This document shows, piece after piece, positions 33,365 through 47,710 of a DNA stretch of 64,000 nucleotides (within the stretch, counting starts at the first letter, position 1; every line of letters starts with the position of its first letter). This DNA is from Octopus vulgaris (lineage: Eukaryota), in assembly GCA_951406725.2 (NCBI GenBank), contig OX597838.1, forward strand, positions 21,452,001 to 21,516,000. The letters are read 5' to 3'. Under the pieces are notes generated by a model. The model was given only the letters and a program-made list of their open reading frames with translations, had not been told where the DNA came from and did no database searches. The position numbers and the translations under genes are program-made.

Positions 33365-33985
33365 TGGTTTCAAATTTTGCCCATAGGACAGCAATATTGG
33401 GGGAAGGGATGAGTCGATTACATCGACCCCAGTGTTCAACTGGTACTTATTTTATCGATCCCGAAACGCAAAAATCAACCTTGGCGGAATTTAAACTCAG
33501 ACGAAATGCCGCTAAGTATTTTGGTTAGCATGCAAACGATTCTGTCTACTCGACGCCATAATAATAATAATAATTTCAAATTTTAGCAAAAAGCCAGTAA
33601 TTTGAGGAGAGGAGGTAAGTCATTTAAATTGACTCCAGTGTTCGACTTGTACTTAATTTATCGACCCCGAAAGGATGAAAGGCAAAGTCGACATCGGCGG
33701 AAGTCGACATCGCATTTGAACTGTAGTGATGTAGCGATGGGCGAAATGCCTATTTCTTTACTACTCACAAGGGGCTAAACACAGAGAGGACAAACAAGGA
33801 CAGACAAAGGGATGAAGTCGATTATATCGACCCCAGTGCGTAACTTGGTACTTATTTAATCGACCCCGAAAGGATGAAAGGCAAAGTCGACCTCGGCGGA
33901 ATTTGAACTCAGGACGTAACGGCAGATGAAATATCGCTAAGCATTTCGCCCGGCGTGCTAACGTTTCTGCCTGCTCACCGCCTTG
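33365..33985 (-). mobile_element. Tandem SINE family C copies
   Basis: Three reverse bodies. Confidence 0.75.
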
Positions 33986-34924
33986 TTAAAAAAACAACCC
34001 AAAATTAAAAATAAAATAGAATAAATGAAATGAAATGAAAATAGAATCGCTCATTATACAATTGTTTACCAAAACCTTCACACACCTTAAAGACATCTAT
34101 TAAGCTGGGTTGAGACAACTACAACAGCTGACTTTAAGGAATAATTAGAAATGGTTATATCCTGCCTGTCGGATACACTTGTCTTGGTTTAAAAGCCCCT
34201 CCTCTTCCGCATCCTCTTTGTCTTCCCTTCCTTCTTAGCCCATCACTTCTGAATCAGAAAAGTTTGTAGAATCTTGTGATTTAGTCTCTTTCCTTCTTTG
34301 AACGTGCGCACGTGCACACACAATCACGCATGTATAGACACACACACGTGCATGCATGGATACATACACACACATGCATACACATGTATATATACATATA
34401 TAATACACCAAAACTCATACATACATATAGACATACATACATACCGACATAAACACACACACGTATAGACACATACATACATATTTACGCATGCATATAT
34501 ACATATATATAATACACACAAACACACACTTATCGTCATGCACACATATATACATTCATACATGCATACATATTAGTATATATGCGTATATAATATACGC
34601 ACACACACGTATCGTCACACACATACATTCATACACACACACATAATCGCAAAAACACGTATAAGACACACATATAGACATACGCACACATAGACACACA
34701 TACACACACACATAGACACACGCATACGTATCATCATACACGCATGCATTCATACATATATACGCATTCATACACACACACACAAACACATATAACCCGC
34801 AAATACATGTATAGACACACGTATATAGACATACGCACACATAGACACATACACGCACACATAGACACACATATAAACACACACACACATTGCATAAGTG
34901 TGTTTTTTATTAATTTTTACCCTC

Positions 34925-35282
34925 TTTCTCTTTTACTTGTTTCAGTCATTTGACTGCGGCCATGCTGTAGCACCGCTTTTAGTCGAGCAAATCGACCCCA
35001 GGACTTATTCTTTGTAAGCCTACTACTTATTCTATCGGTCTCTATTGCCGAACCGCTACGTTACGGGGATGTAAACACACCACCATCGGTTGTCAACCGA
35101 TGTTGGCGGGTGGGGGGACAAACACAGACACACACATATATATATATGACGGGCTTCTTTCGGTTTCCGTCTACCAAATCCACTCACAAGGCTTTGGTCG
35201 GCCTAAAGCTGTAGTAGAAGACACTTGTTCAAGGTGCCATGCAGTGGGAATGAACCCGGAACCACACAGCCACTCCTGCACC
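34925..35282 (-). mobile_element. SINE family A
   Basis: Reverse copy with a head deletion. Confidence 0.8.
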
Positions 35283-36309
35283 TATTTTCCAAAAAAAAAA
35301 TTATAATTGCTGCTGTTATTAACGTCTTCAGATACCCGACTGTTTACGCTCTCCATTTTAATTACATTCAATAATCCGTTCACTTGACCTTTAATCCGGA
35401 TCTGAAACAAAAACAAAAAGAAAATGAAAAAAAATATATATTAAAAAACACCATACAAAAAAACCCCCACAAAACAAACAAGAAAAAAAAAACAGCGACG
35501 AATTAATAAAAATAAAACTTCAACAACTTCACCTGTTGACCTTAAAACATGGCGTCATCCGATGAAGTTGTAGGTGTTTAAGACACTCCTCACCAGATGT
35601 CGCCAACTGTTGGCTTTTAACACGGCGTCATTCATTTTAAAACTCTCAGAAGCTCAAAGTTCGAAAGACACTCCACACAAGATGACCAACCAAAGCGGCA
35701 ACGATACAGCCTGAATATATGGACCAAGCATGACTTGCTAGATATAGCAGCCAAAATCTCCCTTAAATAACATCTACCGTTAAGAATGTCTTGTAGATTT
35801 CTATAGTTCCACATGTCATGATCATTTGTAGCATAAGAATTAAGGATTTGCATTCTCTCCCACAAAATCCCAAGTCCAGCCATACTTTACTCCAGACGGG
35901 TTGGTATGTACCCTGTTGCTCCCATAAGGATGAAAGGCGGAATTTGAACTCAGAACGTAAGGACGGACAAAAATGTTGCCAAGCATTTTGCTCGGCTTGC
36001 TAGCAATTCTGCCCACTCGCCGCCTTCCACGATGTAGTTCTCTCCGATACATCGGTAGCAGACACGAGGGACCATTATGGGTCTTTTATCTTTTACTGGT
36101 TTCAATTATTATTAGCCTGCGGCCATGCTGGAGTGCCACCATGAATTTTAGAATTTTTCTTTTTAATGTCTGGTACTTATTTTGTCGGTCTTCATTGCCG
36201 AACCGCTAGTTCGAGATCGATAAATTAAGTACCAGTTGTTTACTGGGATCGATCTAATCGATTGGTCCCTTCCCCCAAAATTACAGGCCTTGTGCCTATA
36301 GTAGAAAAG

Positions 36310-36356
<47 letters not shown>

Positions 36357-36506
36357 GTCTGGTACTTATTTTGTCGGTCTTCTTTGCCGAACCGCTAGTT
36401 CGGGATCGATAAATTAAGATAAAATATGCAGTTATTTACTGGGATCGATCTAATCGATTGGTCCCTTCCCCCCAAAATTACAGGCCTTGTGCCTATAGTA
36501 GAAAAG

Positions 36507-36541
<35 letters not shown>

Positions 36542-36960
36542 GGCAGCAAAGTGACAATCATTTTTTCAATTTCTATTAGCACTGGTACTAATGCCTAATG
36601 ACATTTCGTCCGTCTTCTCTCTGAAGGTGCGTGGTTTAGTGGTTAGGTTATTTGGCTCACAGTCGTAAGGTCATGAGGTCGAATCCCGGCGGCGCGTCGA
36701 GTCCTTGAGCAAGACACTTTATTCCGCGTTGCTCCATTCCGCTCAGCTCGCAAAAATCAGTCGTACTTGTATTTCAAAGGGGCCAGCCTTGTCGCATTCT
36801 GTGTCACGCTGGATCTCCCTCGGAACTAAGTTTAGGGGTCCACGTGTCTGTGGAGTGCTCAGCTACTTGCACGTTAGTTTCACGAGCTGGCTGTTCCGTT
36901 GATCGGTTCAACTGGAATCCTACATTATTTACTCATTAGTGCCCTTACAATATTTATATT

Positions 36961-37344
36961 TGGAGACGCAATGGCCCAGTGGTTAGGGCAGCGGACTCGC
37001 GGTCGTAGGATCGCAGTTTCGATTCCCAGACCGGGCGTTGTGAGTGTTTATTGTGCGAAAACACCTAAAGCTCCACAAGGCTCCGGCAAGGGATGGTGGT
37101 GATCCCTGCTGTACTCTTTCACCACAACTTTCTCTCACTCTTACTTCCTGTTTCTGTTGTACCTGTATTTCAAAGGGGCTGGCCTTGTCACTCTCTGTGT
37201 CACGCTGAATATCCCCGAGAACTACGTTAAGGGTACACGTGTCTGTGGAATGCTCAGCCACTTACACGTTAATTTCACGAGCAGGCTGTTCCGTTGATCG
37301 GATCAACCGGAACCCTCGTGGTCGTAACCGACGGAGTGCTTCCA
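36961..37344 (+). mobile_element. SINE family B, tail type 3
   Basis: Same head; tail shared with 33017-33340 and 36622-36920. Confidence 0.82.
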
Positions 37345-37689
37345 TAATTATATTTATATAATTACATATTTTGCTTCAATTTTTTACTTATACGGTTTAT
37401 TATATACTGGCAAAATTTAATCACGCTCCTACCGCTACTTCATCAACACCCATCCAAATATCCCATCCATCCATCCATCCATCCATCCATCCTCCTTAGA
37501 CATCCAATTAAAACAACACACCACCGCCATTTACACAAGTAGATCTCATGAGAGGTGGGAGGAGGAGAAGAAAGCGAGAGGTGCGGGCGCAGTCTTTGTC
37601 TTCTGACTTATTTCTTTATTGTTCTTGGTTTTTCTCTTATTTGTTATTTGTTTTGTTTGGTTTAGTTGTTCGTGTTTTTTGTTTGTTTA

Positions 37690-38233
37690 ATTAGTTTATA
37701 TATATATGTATTTCCTTGTTTCTTCTTCCTTTCTGTGCGTTTGTGCGTGTGTGTGTGTGTGTGTGTGTGATTTTGTATGGTTTTGTATGCCGCTTGTTTC
37801 TGTGTGTATATTGTGTGTATGCGTATGTATGTATGTATGTATGTATGTATGTATGTATGTATGTATGTATGTATGTATGTATGCATGCATGCTTGCATGT
37901 ATGTATATATGTATGTATGTATGTATGTGTGTGTGTGCGTGTGCACGTATGTATGCATGCATGTATATATGTATGTATATATACATATGTATGTATGTGT
38001 GTGTATGCGTGTGTGCGTGCGTGTGTATGCATGTATGTATGTAAGTATGTACGCATGCATGTATGTATATATGTATGTATATGTGTATGCATGTGTGTGC
38101 GTGTATGCATGTATGTATATTTGTATGAATGTATGTATGTATGTGCGTGTATGCGTATGTATGTATGTACGCATGCATGCAAGCATTCATGTATGTATTT
38201 ATGTATGTATATGTATGTATGTATGTGTGTATG

Positions 38234-38264
<31 letters not shown>

Positions 38265-38330
38265 GTGTGTTTTTTTGTGTGTGTGTGTATGTATGTATGT
38301 ATGTATGCATGTGTGTGTGCCTATGTTTGT
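37690..38330. repeat. (TATG/TG)n compound microsatellite
   Basis: Seen directly. Confidence 0.95.
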
Positions 38331-38720
38331 GTGTCTGTGTTTGTCCCCCAACATCGCCTGACTACCGATGCTGGTGTGTTTACGTCCCCGTAACCTAGCG
38401 GTTCGGCAAAAGAGACCGATAGAATAAGTATTAGGCTTACAAAGAATAAGTCCTTGGGTCGATTTGCTCGATCTACTAAATGCGGTGCTCCAGCATGGCC
38501 ACAGTCAAATGACTGAAACAAGTAAAAGAGTAAAGAGTATATCTACTGGTCTTGAACATCCTTTTGTGTCACTGAAATGTAGACGTTCGTCTTTTCCTTC
38601 TGCTCTTTAAGCTTCACCTCATGGTGGGGCCAACTACACAATGAAACCAATATCAGCTCATTTCTTTGGACTAGCAACAAGAACGTCTGAAGATAAACCA
38701 GGAGTTATGCTGCTTCTCAG

Positions 38721-39030
38721 TGGAGGCACATGGCCTAGTGGTTAGAGCAGCGGACTCGCGGTCGAGAGATCGCCGGTTCGAATTTCAGACCGGGCAATGT
38801 GTGTGTTTATGAGCGAAACACCTAAGCTCCACGTGGCTCCGGCAGAACGTAATGGCAAACTTCTGCTGACTCTTTCGCCACAGCTTTCCCTCAGTCTTTC
38901 CTCCTACATCTTGCAGCTCACCTGTGACCGACCGGCGTCCTGTCTAGGTGGGGAACCTATACGCCAAGAAACCGGGAAACCGGTCCTTATGAGCCAGGCA
39001 TGGCTCGAGAAGGAACAAAAACAACAAGAG
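38721..39030 (+). mobile_element. SINE family B variant
   Basis: tggcctagtggttagagcagcgg...ggttcgaat head. Confidence 0.75.
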
Positions 39031-39389
39031 AGATGCTGCTTCTCAGAAAGCCATGTTACAGAATACTCCTGTTTTTTTTGTTCAGCATCTGTTGCTCGTT
39101 TTCGGTATTAACATATTGATATGGTGCGCTCACTGCCTCTTCATACAATCGTACGTTCCTATAGACCTGGGCTGATCAACTTCCCTAGCAATATCTTCCG
39201 AAGATATGAATATCCCGTTCAGTTGCTCGGGGCCCCAAAACGGGTTCTAGGAGGTTCAATATTAAGATATGTATGTAAACTATAGACACTAGTGTATTAC
39301 TTTTCTCGGGACCCTATGAAGCTGTTAAACGGGTTCTGCCACCTGGTGGCTGAAACCATGCTTTAGCTAGATACTTCGCAAGATTCGAT

Positions 39390-39720
39390 TGCTTATACTT
39401 TTGTGTCGTATTGGATTCTGCTGTTTAGCACAGTCGTTAAAACCCACGAGAGACGATATAGGACATCAGTTCGAATCAAACCGCTTTACCAAAAACACAA
39501 AAACAAAAAAACAAAAAACAACGCGAACTGCGCAAGTCTCGAGCCAACCCTTTGCCTTCAGCCCCTGCTGACCATCAGGGCCCAACCTGCGGCAGATCCT
39601 TCCGAGCATGTATTGGACTGATTGGCTACAACTGGACACATCGTGCCTCGTCTTTTTTCCCCCATGTGATGTACTTAATCATCGTGGACAACGATGGACG
39701 AAATAATGATACATCTAACA
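39390..39720 (+). mobile_element. RTE/BovB-like LINE 3' end
   Basis: FESNR... then HQGPTCGRSFRACIGLIGYNWTH (degenerate C-terminal zinc finger) and a short 3' UTR. Confidence 0.65.
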
Positions 39721-39790
39721 TCTGTGTACGAATTTATAAGTATGCATGCATGCGAGCGCGCATGTGTGCATGTGTGTGTGTGTGCGTGCG

Positions 39791-39835
<45 letters not shown>

Positions 39836-39904
39836 CCGCGCGTGTGTTATTTTATTAAATCTGTGATTTAATGAGGGAGAGAGTTAGGCGTCAAATGAAA
39901 TAAA

Positions 39905-40016
39905 AAAGAGACAGAGAGAGAGAGAAAGATAGATAGATAGAGAGAGAGAGAAAAGAAGAGAGCGAGAGAGAGAAAGACAGACAGATAGATAGATAGTTAG
40001 ATAGATAGATAGAAAG

Positions 40017-40047
<31 letters not shown>

Positions 40048-40072
40048 AGAAGAGAGAGAGAGAAAGATAGAC

Positions 40073-40110
<38 letters not shown>

Positions 40111-40180
40111 ATAAATAGAGATAGAGAGAGAAAAGACAGATAGAGAGAGAGAAAGAGACAGGCTGAGAGAGAGAGAGAGA

Positions 40181-40224
<44 letters not shown>

Positions 40225-40240
40225 AAGAGAGGAGAGAAAC
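39905..40240. repeat. (GA)n/(GATA)n compound microsatellite
   Basis: Seen directly. Confidence 0.95.
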
Positions 40241-40579
40241 CAAAGTACAGACAAAAACAGGGGCAATGAGATTCCATTTCAAATAAGAATGGAAATAGTT
40301 ATGCGTGTTCCCAAATCTGCCCAGAACACCGTTCATCCTTACACAGACATACAGATATAAGCGCATACACCTTCACTGCCATAGCCGAATGTAGCTTCAC
40401 ACATTCTCTCCCCCTCCCCCCTTTCTCCCCCCACACACACTCATCCACACACACACAAAGAAAAACTCACATACACATACAAATATACATACATAATACA
40501 TACAAACATACATAAGCATACATACACTTATACGCTCTCACATTTTCATATATACATAGAAATACAAAATCACTGCCAG

Positions 40580-40635
<56 letters not shown>

Positions 40636-40689
40636 CACACACACACACACATACGCATGCACGAACTAAAGAATACACGTTAATGGCAC

Positions 40690-40732
<43 letters not shown>

Positions 40733-40821
40733 TACCTACACATAGACATACCTACACACAGACACACATATGCACTAATGCAGTTACATTAATACAGACA
40801 CTAATATACATACATACAGAC

Positions 40822-40852
<31 letters not shown>

Positions 40853-41343
40853 GAGACATACCTATAGACACACATACAGACATACCTAAACACACACACA
40901 CACGCTCTCAGATACGCTTGCATTATACATCCTCAATCATTTTTGATTCACAGAGATGAACCAAGCTTGTTGTGTGGGAACGAAACCCCCCATCCCGCCT
41001 AAAACAAACCTTTTTTTCCTTTTCTTCTTCGGTGTCGTCTGATTGTCATCGCTTGACACAGGATGTCCGGACGTTCCTCTCTGCTTTTTTCTTCTTTTTT
41101 TTTTGGCTTTTTTATGTTTATTTCATTTTATTCTATCTTATTTCGTTTTTTTTTTTCACTATATTTTCCCGTATAGTCATCTCTGTCTATCTTATATCGA
41201 AAAGCGTAAAGCTTACCCCTACACCCTTCTTACACAATCTGTAAATCCGCACCCTCAATGGAAAAAAAAAAGATTTCATTTCTCTCCCTTGCGGTCTTTT
41301 TCATACGTACGCTTACACACACACACACACACACGTATATGTG

Positions 41344-41430
<87 letters not shown>

Positions 41431-41459
41431 ACATTCATACTCACGTATACTTACACACG

Positions 41460-41490
<31 letters not shown>

Positions 41491-41922
41491 TTGTGTGTAT
41501 ATACACACACGTACACATATATATGTATATGCTTTTCTCTCTCTCTCACTCTCTCTCTCTCTATATATATATATACATATATGCATACATATACATATAT
41601 GCATGTATGTATACACACACACACGTACATATATGCATTATCTTTCTATCTATACACACATACACACACACATAATCTGCGTTCCGTTCCATTAATGCTA
41701 TTGTTATTTAATTTGCCCCTTTGCCATTCCTGTATCGTTTATCGTGAATGTGTGTGTTGTGTGTGTGTGTATGTGTGTGAGTGTGTGTGTGTCTGTGCGT
41801 GTGTGTTCATGCGTTATAAATACGTATGCTCTTTCTCCTCTACTCCAACTCTCTACCCCCATCTCTCTCTTTCTTTCTCTCTCTACCTATATGCATGCAT
41901 GTATATCTCCCTCTCTCTCTCG

Positions 41923-42025
<103 letters not shown>

Positions 42026-42429
42026 CCTACCTACCTATCTATCTATCTATCTATGAAGAGAGAGAGAGAGAGAGGAGAGCGAGAGAGAGAAGGAGAGAGA
42101 GAGAGAATGTGTCGGGATCAACGGTGGATCCACATGTTGCAATATATATATTAGGGTGTAAACTGAGGGGAATTTGTCTGTTATTTCTCACAAGCTACGT
42201 GGCCACGATGAGGCTCCGTTGTTGACTCAGATAGAAATACTGTTGCTGTTCTTGTTTCATTCCAAGTCAGTTCTGACGAAGGAGATTTACGCTCAAAAAG
42301 CATTCCACAAATAACCATCGCTTCTTTATTACGTGATTATGTCATTGAATTTGTCTTTCGTTTCTCATGACATCAAAATGTGATTTCAAGGGAGACATGA
42401 CTGCTATTTCTTGCAACGAGAACGACAGA

Positions 42430-42830
42430 GGCGCAGGAGTGGCTGTGTGGTAAGTAGCTTGCTAACCAACCACATGGTTCCGGGTTCAGTCCCACTGCGT
42501 GGCATCTTGGGCAAGTGTCTTCTGCTGTAGCCCCGAGCCGACCAATGCCTTGTGAGTGGATTTGGTAGACGGAAACTGAAAGAAGCCTGTCGTATATATG
42601 TATATATATGTATATGTATGTGTGTGTTTGAGTGTCTGTGTTTGTCCCCCTAGCATTACTTGACAACCGATGCTGGTGTGTTTACGTCCCCGTCACTTAG
42701 CGGTTCGGCAAAAGAGACCGATAGAATAAGTACTGGGCTTACAAAGAAAAAGTCCCGGGGTCGATTTGCTCGACTAAAGACGGTGCTTCAGCATGGCCGC
42801 AGTCAAATGACTGAAACAAGTAAAAGAGAG
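42430..42830 (+). mobile_element. SINE family A
   Basis: Full-length copy. Confidence 0.85.
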
Positions 42831-43039
42831 AGAGAGAGAGAGAGAAAGAGAGAGGAGTTTTAACTCTTTGCTTATCCAATACTTTTGTATAAGTTTGTCC
42901 TAGATGTCCATGCTTGTTGTCAAGACTAACATATGAAACAAGTTAGCCCTTGTTTCATATGTTCCAGTAGCATAAAACCTTCCTGTCATAAGTCTCACAT
43001 CACTCCATGGTCGAAGAAAAATTGGGGGCGTATATTATA

Positions 43040-43434
43040 CTAGCAGTATCGCCCGGCGTTGCTCGGGTTTGTAAGGGAAATAACTATATAAGCTTTTTTG
43101 GAGATGTAAAGTATAATAGCCATCTCAATATAGCTAACCACAAAGAGGGGGGTGTTACTGTAGCTTTTTACATTCTGAGATTTAATAATAAAATTTTAGA
43201 GAGTTACTTCCCTTATATATGCCAAAAATGCATTAAAATGGGAAAAATTGATGGTAAATTTTTTTTTAATCGTAGACTCATCGTAGACGCGCGCTAATAC
43301 CCAGAAGGGCTCGATATGAATCACGACTATAAGATATCCGGTTTTGGTTAAACTGTACCGCAAAATGTGGGAGTAGTTAGGAATCTAAATAGTAGGAGAC
43401 ATACAGCACACAACCTCACTTTTATATATAAAGA
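43040..43434 (-). mobile_element. Non-autonomous Helitron
   Basis: Minus strand A|TC start, subterminal hairpin CCCGAGCAACGCCGGG, CTAG|T end, no target duplication. Confidence 0.8.
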
Positions 43435-43675
43435 TATGGTACATGGAAGCCAGTGAAGTATGTCCTACGTTTGTCTACTGATCTTTACATATAAAAAAAA
43501 ATGGGTCAGCAACCAAGGGAAGAAGCAAATATAGGAATAGTGATATGAAATCTCACCACCGTGAAGAAATCAACCAAAGAAGAATGATATGCAATAGGAG
43601 AAAAACCACGGTGATGCTCCAGTATGACCGCAGTCTTATAGCTGAAACGAATAAAATAATAAAAAGGACATTTGT

Positions 43676-43710
<35 letters not shown>

Positions 43711-43940
43711 CATATATAAATATACGAATATTGATGTTAGCTTTTATGTTCAGTTATAATAAAAAAACAATTTTGCATTAATTTGATGGATTACTCCAAA
43801 GTTTTAAAGAATTCAGATTTATTACTCTTCAACAAGAATGTTGTTGACAGTGACTTTGAAGTTTCGGCCAGCTAAGACATCGTCGAAACTTCGAATTCAC
43901 TGTCAACAACATTCTTGTATAAGAATAGTAAAATATATAA

Positions 43941-43987
<47 letters not shown>

Positions 43988-44071
43988 AATATAAATATAT
44001 ATGGCGGTGCCCCAGCATGGCCACAGCTCGCGAGCTGAAACTAGATAAAATAAAATAAAATAAAATAAATA

Positions 44072-44106
<35 letters not shown>

Positions 44107-44205
44107 TATATATCTACATGTATACATACATATACACATACATATATACTTACATATATACACATATATATACATTTATAGTACACAATATATATATACA
44201 TGTAT

Positions 44206-44253
<48 letters not shown>

Positions 44254-44713
44254 CATACATGTATATATATTGTGTATACATGCACAAACACGCACACACA
44301 CACACAAACACAAACAGACATACGCACACGCACACACACACGGAAGACTTTACGAATCTGCGTGAAGATTAAAATATTCATTCACTAAATTTTGTGAACT
44401 GAAATACCAATTCATAAGTTTCTCTTGGCTGTTCCTGTGTAGTTCGCGACTGCGTCAAATCTGATCAGTCATCGACTTAAAGTGCTGAAACCATTTGGAG
44501 CATGTGAAACTTTGGGATTACTAATAGAGTAACTTTAATAACCAGTATTAAAAGAAAAAAACAACAACATATATGAATGAATACTATTGTAGACATGTAT
44601 TTGTTAATATTTATACAAAAAATTTTGTAACAAAATGTGAATGTAATAATAACAAAATCACGTGTAAATGTTATTTTATGGTTTGCGGCTCGCAAATATA
44701 ATACATACATACA

Positions 44714-44960
44714 TGATGATGATGATGGCCGTCCACTCGTGACCGAGGAAGACCATTGCCGACCTTCAAGAACATTGTGCGCTCTAGGACTAACTTATAT
44801 TTTGCATTTGCGGCTCCGTTGGTGACTAATGAGCCCTGCTCTTGACAAGCATACACGACTGCAAACATTGCAGACCAAGCTTTCCCCATTCACTATACAA
44901 GCCGTGCGTTTTCGCGCAGCTCGCTTAAGTTCTTCATGCTGGATACGTGCTCTCTCATAC
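44714..44960 (-). mobile_element. 5'-truncated RTE/BovB-like LINE 3' end
   Basis: CNVCSRVCLSRAGLISHQRS zinc finger, stop, short UTR and (CAT)n tail. Confidence 0.78.
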
Positions 44961-45369
44961 ATACATACATACATACATACATACATACATACATACATAC
45001 ATACACACATATTTACATACATTCATACATACATACACACATACATACATACATACATACATACATACATACATACATACATACATACATACATGCATGC
45101 ATGCATGCATACATACATGCATATATACATGCATACGTACATACATACATACATACATACATACATACATACATACATACATACATACATACATGCATGC
45201 ATGCATACATACATGCATATATACATACATTCATACATACATACACACATACATACATACATACATACATACATACATGCATACATGCATGCATACATAC
45301 ATACATGCATATATACATGCATACGTACATACATACATACATACATATTTACATACATACATGCATACG

Positions 45370-45400
<31 letters not shown>

Positions 45401-45625
45401 TTACAAACATACATACATACATAAATATAAATATATATATATATACAAACATGCATGCATACATACATGCATACGTACGTACATACATACATACATACAT
45501 ACATACATACATACTTACATACATACATACATACATACATAAATACATACATACATACATACAAACATGCTTGCATACATACATACATACATACATACAT
45601 ACATACATACATACATACATACATA
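44956..45625. repeat. (CATA)n compound microsatellite
   Basis: Seen directly. Confidence 0.95.
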
Positions 45626-45811
45626 CTTATTCTGTTGTGGAAATGAGTTGCCTTCTGGACACCAATGTGGTTAGAAAAATACAAGAGAAAGAGGACATCT
45701 ATGGATCATTGATAAGGAGTCTGCAAATCTGGTACTCAATTTACACTTTTAGATTCTTACCTAATATTATGGGAGCAAAAGAATACGTACCAACCCGTCT
45801 GGAGTAGAGTA

Positions 45812-46333
45812 CCGTAAATCCTCGAGTATAGTCCGCCCTTGAGTATAATACGCAGAGGACTTTTGTGGGGTTGTACCTCTGAAAAACCTAAACCTTGTGT
45901 ATAATACGCACCTCTTCTCTAACTTGAGTCGTGTGTAATTAAGCCAGCAGCACCTAGTCGAATAAAAGTTTCCGCGCATGCGTAATACAATAATGGTGAT
46001 GTTCTTAACTGTTATATGGGAATGTAAATATGTTTGCAAATTGTTTTTGTTACATGTTATTCTGTGTTCTGAATACTTTTATTTTAATAAATGTTGCTTA
46101 CTGCAAGTTATGGATGATTCTTTTATGACTTCATTGCTTTCAGGCTTAGCTTAAGGTATTTTCACGCCCGACATCACAAAATGCGTTTGAATAAACATTG
46201 CCGGACAGCAAACAGAGACTCGGACATTGCTTAGAAAATAATTTTCATTCTTAACCTCGTATATAATACGCACTAGGGATTTTGACATTTAAATTTTGGG
46301 GAAAAAATGCGGATTATACTCGAAGACTTACGG
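45812..46333. mobile_element. Same MITE family, copy 2
   Basis: TIRs and TA duplication; shares both ends with copy 1 but has a different middle. Confidence 0.85.
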
Positions 46334-46616
46334 TATAGCCGAATTTGAGCCCACGCGAAGAGAACGCAAATCCTTAATTCTTATGCTACAAATGATCACG
46401 ATATCTGGGACTATAAATATACCTGCAAGACCTTAAGATTTAAAGGATGATGGTTAAAAGGAGATACTTTTCTTCACAACCTTGCTACCAAGGAGATGGA
46501 CGGTCAAAATTTACTCTAAAGAGAAAAAATGGGAAAGAGAACATACATACATATATAATATATATACATACATACATACATGCATACATACATACATACA
46601 TACATACATACATACA

Positions 46617-46652
<36 letters not shown>

Positions 46653-47058
46653 TGTATTATGTATGTATGTATGTGTATATATATATGTATATGTGCATAT
46701 ATGTATAATATATATATATCCATACATACATCTGTATATATAAAAGGCAGGATGAGTGCATGCGTGTGTGTGTACGTGAATGTAATTTATGCACGTCCAC
46801 AAATTAGCACGCATGTCGCTCCAATTTTAGGAGGACATTCGTCATGATCCTAGCTGTATTTTTGTAAACTTATTTTTCCCCAGAGGCACCAGCGAATAGC
46901 AGTAAAAATAAATTTTCTACCGAAACTTTTAACAATTTTCAACATCCAACCATCTATCCATCCCTCCATCCGTCCGTCCGTTCGCAATCCATCCAACTAT
47001 ACAAGTAGGGTCATTCAAACATCTGGATGGTGCATGTCTCTGTAATTATTTATTTACT

Positions 47059-47280
47059 AAGGCAGCGAACTGGCAGAATCGTTAGCACGCTGGACGAAAT
47101 GCTTAGCGGTATTTCACTCGTCGCTACGTTCTGAGTTGAAATTTCGCCGAGGTCGACTTCGCCTTTCATCCTTTCCGGGTCGATAAATTAAATACCAGTG
47201 AACAACTGGGGTCGATGTAATCGCCTTAATCCCCCTTCCCACAAAATCCAGGCCTTGTGCTTATAGTAGAAAAGAATTAT
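47059..47280 (+). mobile_element. SINE family C, full length
   Basis: aaggcagcgaactggcagaatcgttagc head, shared body, ATT tail. Confidence 0.82.
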
Positions 47281-47304
47281 TATTTATTTACTGTCTTCTT
47301 CACC

Positions 47305-47710
47305 CAAAAACATTATCATCTTTCGGTGAAATACATTATCAATTTTCATTTAAAATGATTATCTCCTGTCAATGAAATACTTATCACTAAAATACATAAT
47401 CACACACTATCGTACCTCATTTAAATAGCACATTATGATCCACTTTAAACACATTATCGCTTGTCGAAAACATTATCTTTCGATTAAAAATTACATTATC
47501 ACTGCTCAATCAAACACACAATCAGGTTTTAGGTAAAAATATCACATCTCAGCCAACATTATTACATCTTAGTCAATACATTAACATAATTTAGTTAAAT
47601 ACATTATAATCTTCCATATAAATACATTATCACATGTCAGTCAAACACATTGACAGTTTTCAGTCAAATACATTATCAATTTTAATATGAAACAAATTCA
47701 GCTTTCAGTG
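47305..47710. repeat. Degenerate 22-25 bp array with ACATTATC core
   Basis: Core or near-core recurs more than a dozen times with divergent spacers. Confidence 0.7.

Noticed and set aside
36961-37035. tRNA gene (also the other A/B-box heads)
   Set aside because: These run into multi-copy SINE bodies and lack a convincing cloverleaf; treated as SINE heads
44829-45807. Long HTYI/MYVC ORFs (also about 25.8, 34.3, 37.7, 41.0-42.2, 52.9 and 57.2 kb)
   Set aside because: Translations of (CATA)n, (TA)n, (CA)n and (TCTA)n microsatellites
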